A DNA stretch of 43,445 bases from Desulfuromonas sp. SDB (GTDB taxonomy: Bacteria; SDB-A): positions 1 through 43,445 of the forward strand of contig LKUE01000391.1 of the NCBI GenBank assembly GCA_001412365.1, in the 5' to 3' direction. Below the pieces are notes generated by a model. It was given only the letters and a program-made list of their open reading frames with translations, was not told the DNA's origin and did no database searches. A program made the position numbers and the translations under genes. Below are positions 28,713 through 36,318 of this stretch, in pieces. Position 1 is the first letter of the stretch; every line of letters begins with the position of its first letter.

Positions 28713-30100
28713 ATTCACCGGTTAAACCCATGGAATTATTAACGGTATCTTCAGTTAATCAAATGGCCAAAAAAATCATGGAACTGCAGATTGGATATAT
28801 TGCAGTGCAGGGGGAAATATCAAAAACCACCCTTCATTCCAGCGGCCATTTCTATTTTACTCTCAAAGATGATAAATCCAGTCTGGATGCAGTGTTATTC
28901 AAGAATAAAGTATATCAGATGTTTTCTAAAAATTTGTCTTTTACGGAAGTGGATAGTGAAAAATTGCCAAAATTAGGAGAGTTATGGATTTGTGAGGGAG
29001 TATTGACCATTTGGGAGAAAACGGGTAGATATATGTTTAAGGTAAACCAGGCAGTCCCCTCAGGCCGAGGAAAATTGTACCGGGATTTTCAACTTCTCAA
29101 GGAGAAATTGTATGCCCGGGGTTGGCTGAATCCGGAAAATAAAAAAAAAATACCCCCTTTCCCCCTGAAAGTTGGAGTTATTAGTTCTCCCACCGGAGCG
29201 GCAATCAGAGATATTATAAAAATTTATACCCGGAGATTTCCTGCTGCTGAAATTATTGTTTCTCCGGCTTTGATGCAGGGCAAACAGTGTGTTGACAGTA
29301 TATTGCAGGCATTAGATCGGATTAAGCAATTCCCGGTGGATTTAATCATCCTGACCAGGGGAGGAGGGAGCCCCGAAGATTTAGCTGAATTTAATGATGA
29401 ACGCTTGGCTCAGGCTGTTTTTCACCTGGAAATTCCAATTGTATCCGCAATTGGACATGAGATAGATCAAACCATTGTGGATTTAGTTGCCGATTTATCT
29501 GCTTCCACCCCTTCTGCCGCAGCTGAATTGGTTTTCCCGGATAGGGACAGTGTTCTAAGAAATTTAGATAGTAAAAAAAATCAGGTCAGAACCGCTGTAT
29601 TTTCTGTACTGGAAAAGCACAAAAAAAACATTGAACATCTTTCTGAAGTGTATGCATTTCGCATAGTTCCCGACCGGCTCAGAGAATTAAGAGTTACTGT
29701 AGACAATTACCGGGAAGTAATTGAAAAACAGCCCCTCCGGACTATTTCCTCTCTGCAGTTAAAACTACAGGTCCACCGAAGAAATTTCCAGGCAGGCAGA
29801 ATATTAAAGGAATTGAAAATCCGCAGAGAAAAGCTGGAATTAATAAATGATAAAATGATCCATAATATCAGGGGGAAAAATAAACAATGGAAGCAGAACT
29901 GCCGGTATTTCGGTAATCTTCTGGGCAGCCTTTCTCCTCAGTTGGTTTTAACCAAAGGTTATTCCATAGTAACTGACCATCAGGACAAGGTAATCACCCG
30001 GGGGAACTTGTTGAAAAAAGGAAAAAAGTATAAAATTAAATTTATTGATTCAACCTGGCTGATGAAGTCAGAGAAGGAGATAAGCAATCATGATAATTAA
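28709..30100 (+). CDS. xseA: Exodeoxyribonuclease VII large subunit
   Basis: GEIS..SGHFYFTLKD, SPTGAAIRD, RGGGS.EDL, SAIGHE.D, TPSAAAE and L.KGYSI. Confidence 0.95.
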   Translation: MNSPVKPMELLTVSSVNQMAKKIMELQIGYIAVQGEISKTTLHSSGHFYFTLKDDKSSLDAVLFKNKVYQMFSKNLSFTEVDSEKLPKLGELWICEGVLTIWEKTGRYMFKVNQAVPSGRGKLYRDFQLLKEKLYARGWLNPENKKKIPPFPLKVGVISSPTGAAIRDIIKIYTRRFPAAEIIVSPALMQGKQCVDSILQALDRIKQFPVDLIILTRGGGSPEDLAEFNDERLAQAVFHLEIPIVSAIGHEIDQTIVDLVADLSASTPSAAAELVFPDRDSVLRNLDSKKNQVRTAVFSVLEKHKKNIEHLSEVYAFRIVPDRLRELRVTVDNYREVIEKQPLRTISSLQLKLQVHRRNFQAGRILKELKIRREKLELINDKMIHNIRGKNKQWKQNCRYFGNLLGSLSPQLVLTKGYSIVTDHQDKVITRGNLLKKGKKYKIKFIDSTWLMKSEKEISNHDN

Positions 30101-32447
30101 TATAGTTGTATTATTTTTGATGCTATGCAGTAAAAACGATCAGTTAGTGGTTTCTGCAGACACCTCTTTCTCATTTGAATTGCAGAGGGGAAGAGGTAAG
30201 TTCAAAATATTTGAGGATCAATGGTCTGATTTGGAATTATCTGTAATTCCTCAAGTTCCTTTTTCTGTATTTGATGAGGATCATAATCTGGTAGCTGCTA
30301 CCGATGACGGTTCAGTGCGTCTGAATACGTTCAGAGATTACTGGTTAACTGTTTCTTTCTCCGGTTTAGACGATTTAAAACTGAGAATTGACTTAAACCG
30401 GACCAATGATTACCGCAGGTTGACTTCAACCCCTGTGCAGGGTGAACTGGGTCCATCTCAACCTGCTGAGGTAATTGAATACGTAATCCCCCAAGATGGA
30501 AGATACCGGTTTGAATTAGATTCCCCTGACCGGGGCGGGGATATAGATTTAAACATCTATGTGGATAACTACAACTTAGCGGGATCAGGTGTTTCCCAAA
30601 CCAATCATGAACAGGTAAGTGTTGATGGGTTTTGTCAGGATACAATCAGAGCACTGATTTTTTTAAATGATCTGCAATCCAGGGTGAGGTGGGAATTAAA
30701 TATTGATCAGAACGATGAATTAACCGGTATATCAATTGGCCAGGCAGATATTTACCTCATGAATTATGAGCAGCCCCGGGATATCTATCTTCTTGATAAC
30801 ACCACATCTTATCCTGTTTTAATATATTTAAATTCTTCAGAGGATGTGGATCTCGATTTAATAGTTGAATATCAAGGGGAGAAATACAGTTCAACCTCCT
30901 ACAGTTCTATGGAGACCGTACTCATTCCCCCCCGGACCAGGGATATTAAAATTGTAGTGGAAGGATATCAACTAAATGAAACTAATCCCCGCTATACTTT
31001 AGAAGCCAGGGAAATTAAAAATTTCTACTCCTTTTCCACCGGTCATATTCAAACTCAGGTAGATCCGGAAAGCAGAGAAATAATTGGAATTGTCAACAGT
31101 TCACCGGGATTTAAGTATTTTGAAGTCAATTCCATTGAGAAACGGGATGTGGATATGATTATATTCAATCACTATGGAGTTTCTGATTTAAGCTTCAGCT
31201 CTCTGAATCCAAGGGAAGTTTCAGTACAGTGGATGGATTATGGAGATACTTTGTTCATATTGCCTATGCTCTACGACAGGTCTTCACCGGTGGACATCAT
31301 ATTCAGGGAAATAGACCCGGATACCCTACCTCGATTGACTGAAAATATGAATTTAGAAGATTTTGTAAGACCTCCTTATCAGGGGGTAAAAGTTTATCTT
31401 TTAGAATTCGAAAACAGGGGAACTGGAGTAATTACAGTGAGGGGAGAAAGTCACCGGGAGAGAGATGTGGATTTAATTGTAGCGGGTAGGGATTTCCACC
31501 GCCGATCGGAGGGGGAAGAAAATCCTACCGACCGGGCTTCAGATGAAACCATCCTGTTTTACGTCCATCCTGAGCAGGACTATCTGGCTGAGGTATACGC
31601 CTATGGACGGGGTGATCGCTGCCGATATCAGATATCCTCCCTGTTGATAGAAGATCAACAACTGCAATATACCTCTCAGCCCTCTATTTGGGCGCTGATT
31701 GTGGGTATTAGCGGATATCCCGGGGAGAGTGCACTGAATAGAGCCAGTCAGGATGCATTGGAGTTTTATCAGACTGTAGTTGAATCTGAAAATGTTGATC
31801 CTTCCCAGGTGGTTTTTCTAGCAGATGAGCAAGCTACCCGGGATAACATTATCGAAAACCTCAACCGTATTTCCACTTTGGCTAAACCGGGAGACCGCAT
31901 TATCTTTTTCTTTAGCGGACATGGCTGTCAGGAAAGATATCAGCAGGGAGAGTTGGAAGAAGATGGATTTGATGAAGGCATTTGCGGATATCCTCAACCG
32001 GGAAATGAAGACATTTTTGACGACGAGTTAAATGACCTGCTTCCGGATAATATTGAAGCCTGGATTTTTCTGGATGCATGTCATTCCGGAGGATTTGTTA
32101 AAGATCTTATGAATAAAAATAACCGGTTGATTATTACCGCCAGTGAGGAAGACCGGGAAGTCGGGGAAAGAGTGCTGACCCCCATATTGATAAGAGCAAT
32201 AAGAGGAAGGGCGGACAGCAACGATGATGGTTACATATCTGCCCGGGAGTTAATGGATTATGTGGGATATCATTGCCTGCATACTTGTCCGGAGTGTCTT
32301 TATGAATTTTCAGGTTCTGCTCCCCGCACTTGTCCTAATTGCGGGACTGAATTAACTGGCAGCAATAGACCGATGAATCCTGAACTGGATACTAATTTAG
32401 ATCCGCACCGGAAATTGTTTCGAATATATTCAGGAGGTAAGAATTGA
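30090..32447 (+). CDS. Probable exported or lipoprotein caspase-family (peptidase C14) protease with PPC-like repeats and a C-terminal Zn ribbon
   Basis: Short hydrophobic N-terminus ending LMLC, four D[IV]D[LM]-containing beta repeats, WALIVGI, FFFSGHG, FLDACHSGG and CPEC...CPNC. Confidence 0.85.
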   Translation: MIINIVVLFLMLCSKNDQLVVSADTSFSFELQRGRGKFKIFEDQWSDLELSVIPQVPFSVFDEDHNLVAATDDGSVRLNTFRDYWLTVSFSGLDDLKLRIDLNRTNDYRRLTSTPVQGELGPSQPAEVIEYVIPQDGRYRFELDSPDRGGDIDLNIYVDNYNLAGSGVSQTNHEQVSVDGFCQDTIRALIFLNDLQSRVRWELNIDQNDELTGISIGQADIYLMNYEQPRDIYLLDNTTSYPVLIYLNSSEDVDLDLIVEYQGEKYSSTSYSSMETVLIPPRTRDIKIVVEGYQLNETNPRYTLEAREIKNFYSFSTGHIQTQVDPESREIIGIVNSSPGFKYFEVNSIEKRDVDMIIFNHYGVSDLSFSSLNPREVSVQWMDYGDTLFILPMLYDRSSPVDIIFREIDPDTLPRLTENMNLEDFVRPPYQGVKVYLLEFENRGTGVITVRGESHRERDVDLIVAGRDFHRRSEGEENPTDRASDETILFYVHPEQDYLAEVYAYGRGDRCRYQISSLLIEDQQLQYTSQPSIWALIVGISGYPGESALNRASQDALEFYQTVVESENVDPSQVVFLADEQATRDNIIENLNRISTLAKPGDRIIFFFSGHGCQERYQQGELEEDGFDEGICGYPQPGNEDIFDDELNDLLPDNIEAWIFLDACHSGGFVKDLMNKNNRLIITASEEDREVGERVLTPILIRAIRGRADSNDDGYISARELMDYVGYHCLHTCPECLYEFSGSAPRTCPNCGTELTGSNRPMNPELDTNLDPHRKLFRIYSGGKN

Positions 32448-34234
32448 CAACGGAAGAGTTAAGGCAGGCTTATATTGAATTTTTTAAACTTAACCAGCAT
32501 AAACAAATTAGCGGTTTTTCTTTAATTCCTGAAAATGACCCCACCGTATTGTTTACCACTGCAGGGATGCATCCCCTGGTTCCTTATCTGATGGGAGCTG
32601 AACATCCCTGCGGGAAAAGACTGTGTAATTGGCAGAAATGTGTCCGCACCGGGGATATTGATGAAGTTGGTGATTCCCAGCATTTAACCTTTTTTGAGAT
32701 GTTGGGTAACTGGTCTTTGGGGGATTATTTTAAAGATCAAGCCATTGAGATGAGTTACCAGTTTTTGACTGATTCCTCTTGGCTGGGAATAAATCCTGAT
32801 AAATTATTTATCACTTTGTTCCAAGGAGACCAGGTTGCTCCCCGGGATGAACAATCAGCAGAACTCTGGATTAAACAGGGCATTGAGCAAGGACATATCT
32901 TCTTTTTGGGAAAGAAGGACAACTGGTGGGGCCCGGCAGGAAAAACCGGACCTTGCGGACCGGATACCGAAATGTTTTACGACACCGGATTACCTTTCTG
33001 CAGCGCTAACTGTCAGCCCGGATGTCCCTGCGGCAAGTATGTGGAAATATGGAACGATGTGTTCATGGAATACGATAAGCAATCAAACGGTTCTTATGCA
33101 GAGTTATCCCAGAAGAATGTAGATACGGGGATGGGATTGGAGAGGACTTCCGCCACTCTCAACGGTTATTCATCGGTTTATCAAATTGATAAATTCCAAC
33201 CCATTATTGAGGTTATTGAAAAGCTGTCCAAAAGAAAATTTATGGAAAATAAAGAGGATACGGTTTCGATGAGAGTAATTGCTGATCACATCAGGGCAGC
33301 GGTATTTATTATGGGTGATCCTCTTGGCGTTCCTCCCTCTAATCTGGATCAGGGATACATTGTGAGAAGACTTATCCGCAGGGCGATGAGACATGCTATG
33401 CAGCTGGAGATTAATGATCAGCTGGGAGACAGTTTAACCGACCTAATCATTGAATTAAATCCGGTTTATCCTGAATTAAGTGAACGAAGGAATTTCATTT
33501 TGGAATCATTCAGGGAAGAAGAGCAGAGATTTAAAAAGACCCTTAACCGGGGTTTAACTGAATTAAAAAAAATTCTGCCCCAGGTATTACAATCAAAACA
33601 GAAAGTGATTTCCGGCAGAGTTGCGTTTAAGCTGTACGATACTTACGGATTCCCTCTGGAGATGACTGAAGAACTGGCTAAAGAGCATGGAGTTGAAGTT
33701 GACCAGGAAGGATTTACCCGGGCATTTGAAAAACACCAGGAAAAATCCCGCAGCGGAAGTGAGTTGAGATTTAAAGGGGGACTTGCCGATGCCAGTGAAC
33801 AGACCCGTAAACTTCACACTGCTACTCATTTACTGCACCAGGCATTGAGGATGGTGTTAGGGGAACATGTGCAGCAGAAAGGTTCCAATATCACCCCGGA
33901 AAGGCTGAGATTTGATTTCAGCCATCCTCAGCCCATGACCAAACAGGAAATTGAACAAGTTGAAAAAATTGTGAATGAGGTAATCCAGAAGGATTTGCCT
34001 ATCAGCTGTGATCTGATGACCTTGGATGAAGCGGAGAATAAAGGCGCTATCGCTTTATTTGTGGACAAGTATTCCCAACAGGTAAAAGTATATTCAGTGG
34101 GGGATTTTTCCAAGGAGGTATGCGGAGGTCCCCATGTGGACCGTACCGGTGAATTGGGGAGATTTTCCATAATCAAGGAGCAATCCTCTTCGGCAGGAGT
34201 CCGCAGAATTAAGGCGATTTTATCATCTGAATAA
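32444..34234 (+). CDS. alaS: Alanine--tRNA ligase, short form lacking the C-Ala domain
   Basis: LFTTAGM, FFEMLGNWS.GDYFK, DTGMGLER, DH.R, HTATHLLH and CGGPH; ends at GVRRIKA. Confidence 0.96.
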   Translation: MTTEELRQAYIEFFKLNQHKQISGFSLIPENDPTVLFTTAGMHPLVPYLMGAEHPCGKRLCNWQKCVRTGDIDEVGDSQHLTFFEMLGNWSLGDYFKDQAIEMSYQFLTDSSWLGINPDKLFITLFQGDQVAPRDEQSAELWIKQGIEQGHIFFLGKKDNWWGPAGKTGPCGPDTEMFYDTGLPFCSANCQPGCPCGKYVEIWNDVFMEYDKQSNGSYAELSQKNVDTGMGLERTSATLNGYSSVYQIDKFQPIIEVIEKLSKRKFMENKEDTVSMRVIADHIRAAVFIMGDPLGVPPSNLDQGYIVRRLIRRAMRHAMQLEINDQLGDSLTDLIIELNPVYPELSERRNFILESFREEEQRFKKTLNRGLTELKKILPQVLQSKQKVISGRVAFKLYDTYGFPLEMTEELAKEHGVEVDQEGFTRAFEKHQEKSRSGSELRFKGGLADASEQTRKLHTATHLLHQALRMVLGEHVQQKGSNITPERLRFDFSHPQPMTKQEIEQVEKIVNEVIQKDLPISCDLMTLDEAENKGAIALFVDKYSQQVKVYSVGDFSKEVCGGPHVDRTGELGRFSIIKEQSSSAGVRRIKAILSSE

Positions 34235-34270
34235 ATCCATTAAATATTCACGGTTAAAAGATAATAAATG

Positions 34271-34304
34271 ATACCTGGAACTGGTTTTATCCAGTTCCAG
34301 GTAT
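34271..34304. terminator. Perfect 14-bp hairpin between convergent alaS and trpB2; probable bidirectional terminator
   Basis: ATACCTGGAACTGG-TTTTAT-CCAGTTCCAGGTAT. U-tracts are weak on both sides. Confidence 0.75.
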
Positions 34305-34312
34305 ATGATCAG

Positions 34313-35698
34313 TTAGCCCGTATTAATTAAACATTCCGGCTTGGGAAAATTACTCAGAGCTTCCAGCGATTTATTCAGCTTTTCAGGGGAAAGCCGATGA
34401 TCGGTCAGTTTTCCGTTTAAGTAATCCTCATAAGCATTTAAATCCAGCATTCCATGCCCACTCAAATTAAATAAGATTACCCGGGGTTTGCCCAGTTTCT
34501 TGGCTTTCTCCGCTTGTTCAATTACTGCAGCCAGGGCGTGGGAAGTTTCCGGGGCAACCACTATACCCTCAGCGAAGGCAAATTGAACTGCCGCTTGATA
34601 GCATTGAAGCTGGGGAAAAGCCTGGGGAGAAAGCAGACCGGCTTGTACTGCTTGAGAAACCAGGGGAGCCATCCCGTGATATCTTAGCCCCCCTGCATGA
34701 ATGGGAGCAGGGATGAACTGATGACCCAGACTGTGCATGGCTAGCAGGGGAGTCATCCCCGCTGAATCTCCAAAATCATAACAGTAAGGTCCTCTGGTCA
34801 AGGTAGGACAGGAAGTAGGTTCTACCGGAATAATTTCAATCTGCTCTCCGTGAATTTTATCCAGCAGATAAGGAAAACTTAAACCGGCAAAATTACTTCC
34901 TCCTCCCACACAGCCAATTACCGTATCCACTTTAGCTTCACCTAATTTAGCCAGCTGTTTTTTAGCTTCTAAACCGATTACCGATTGATGCATCATCACC
35001 ATGTTTAGTACGCTGCCCAGAGAATATTTGGTTTCGCCGGATTTATCCTCCATTGCCTTTTCCAGAGCCTCACTGATGGCAATGCCCAAACTGCCCGGAC
35101 TTTCCGGATGCTGGTTTCTGATTGTTCTTCCAAATTCGGTGGTATCGCTGGGACTAGCCAGGCAATGGGCTCCCCATATTTTCATCAACGTTTTTCTCAA
35201 AGGTTTTTGATGGTAGCTTATGTTTACCATGTAAACCTGGCATTTCAGCTTGAATTTTGCACAGGCAAACGCCAGAGCGCTTCCCCATTGACCTGCTCCG
35301 GTCTCGGTGGTGAGACATTTTACCTGTTCTTTGTGGTTGTAATATGCCTGAGCTACTGCAGTGTTGGGTTTATGGCTGCCGGGGGGAGATACACTTTCAT
35401 CTTTAAAATATATACGGGCGGGAGTGTCCAGGATTTTCTCCAGATTTACTGCTCTTTTCAGGGGAGTAGGTCTCCACAGGGAGAGTACTTCAAGAATGTC
35501 CTGGGGGATATCAATCCATCTTTTTGTGGAAATTTCTTGTTCAATTAATGATTGAGGAAAAATTAACTGTAAATTTTCCGGGTTCAATGGAATCCCATTA
35601 GCAGTGAGGGGAGGATTTTTAGGTCCGGGTAAATCCGGAGCTATATTCAGCCACTGCCGGGGGATTTCATGGGGGCTAAGACTTATTTCAGTATTCAT
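34313..35698 (-). CDS. trpB2: TrpB2-type tryptophan synthase beta chain (PLP enzyme)
   Basis: WRPTPL.RA..LE, GSHKPNTA (PLP Lys), TETGAGQWG, PGSLGIAISEA, GGGSNFAG, HAGGLRYHG and LSGHG. Confidence 0.95.
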   Translation of the reverse strand: MNTEISLSPHEIPRQWLNIAPDLPGPKNPPLTANGIPLNPENLQLIFPQSLIEQEISTKRWIDIPQDILEVLSLWRPTPLKRAVNLEKILDTPARIYFKDESVSPPGSHKPNTAVAQAYYNHKEQVKCLTTETGAGQWGSALAFACAKFKLKCQVYMVNISYHQKPLRKTLMKIWGAHCLASPSDTTEFGRTIRNQHPESPGSLGIAISEALEKAMEDKSGETKYSLGSVLNMVMMHQSVIGLEAKKQLAKLGEAKVDTVIGCVGGGSNFAGLSFPYLLDKIHGEQIEIIPVEPTSCPTLTRGPYCYDFGDSAGMTPLLAMHSLGHQFIPAPIHAGGLRYHGMAPLVSQAVQAGLLSPQAFPQLQCYQAAVQFAFAEGIVVAPETSHALAAVIEQAEKAKKLGKPRVILFNLSGHGMLDLNAYEDYLNGKLTDHRLSPEKLNKSLEALSNFPKPECLINTG

Positions 35699-35755
35699 AA
35701 ATACTCCTTGTAATTGGTTGAATGGGTATAGAGGAAAAATAAAGGTAAAATAGTA

Positions 35756-35774
35756 TGGGCGGTTAAACCGCCCA
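35756..35774 (-). terminator. Attenuator-like GC-rich hairpin overlapping the second Trp codon and the stop of the leader ORF
   Basis: Minus strand TGGGCGGT-TTA-ACCGCCCA, followed by TACTATTTTACCTTTATTTTT. Confidence 0.7.
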
Positions 35775-35912
35775 CCAATGAATGCAGGTAATGGTTAGAC
35801 TGTCGGTTTTGGCTAGTTTAACCAATAGATAGTGTTGCCCTGACCCCAATTGTTCTAATTTAAAACAATTGAAGTTTAGACAGAAGTTTTGGAACAGGCA
35901 GTTACCTATCAT
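35763..35912 (-). CDS. Putative Trp leader peptide (49 aa, ends HWWAV); an alternative TTG start at 35825 gives 20 aa
   Basis: ATG lies 1 nt after the trpR TGA. Translation MIGNCLFQNFCLNFNCFKLEQLGSGQHYLLVKLAKTDSLTITCIHWWAV*. Tandem TGG TGG directly upstream of trpB2. Confidence 0.7.
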   Translation of the reverse strand: MIGNCLFQNFCLNFNCFKLEQLGSGQHYLLVKLAKTDSLTITCIHWWAV

Positions 35913-35913
35913 C

Positions 35914-36189
35914 TCAGTCGTTCTTATTGTACATGGATAGAAGTTTCTTAATTGCAGAATTATTCTTTTTCAATTCTCTTGATCCACGGGTTATTTTGCA
36001 CAAGCTTATATGCAGCTGCCGGGCAATGGACCTTTGACTGATACCTCGGTCTAGCATTTTAAGCAACTCCCATCTCTTATCCAGTGTGTTTACTTCAGCA
36101 GGAGTGAGGATTTGATGAAAAAAATCTTCAATTAAATCTGGATCATTGATCCTGCTGAGCAAGTTTGATATTTCAGTTAAATTATCCAT
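35914..36189 (-). CDS. trpR: Trp repressor (TrpR/YerC family); start ATG 36189
   Basis: LTPAE....RW..L.L..G.SQR.IA..L.IS..ITRGS.ELK; upstream of trpB2. Confidence 0.9.
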   Translation of the reverse strand: MDNLTEISNLLSRINDPDLIEDFFHQILTPAEVNTLDKRWELLKMLDRGISQRSIARQLHISLCKITRGSRELKKNNSAIKKLLSMYNKND

Positions 36190-36195
36190 TAAATC

Positions 36196-36215
36196 TGTTT
36201 CTATAGACAGAAACA
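36196..36215. promoter_or_regulatory. Candidate TrpR operator palindrome
   Basis: TGTTTCT-ATAGAC-AGAAACA between the promoter and the trpR start codon. Confidence 0.55.
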
Positions 36216-36232
36216 CCTTGTTAAATTTAAAA

Positions 36233-36261
36233 AGATTAGCCTTTTTAAAAGGCAATGTCAA
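36233..36261 (-). promoter_or_regulatory. Sigma70 promoter of the trpR-trpB2 unit
   Basis: TTGACA (36261-36256), 17-nt spacer, TAATCT (36238-36233). Confidence 0.7.
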
Positions 36262-36318
36262 CTTAATAATTTATTGAAGATTCAAAATTAAAAAATATTT
36301 ATATGGGCTAAATGGTTT

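Noticed and set aside
14461-29150. Homopolymer runs (G8 at 14461, C8 at 15641, A10 at 29141) as phase-variation sites
   Set aside because: The genes are in frame, two are housekeeping, and the runs are short.
36190-36261. N-terminal extension of TrpR from TTG 36261
   Set aside because: That TTG is the -35 box (TTGACA); ATG 36189 gives a normal-sized TrpR.
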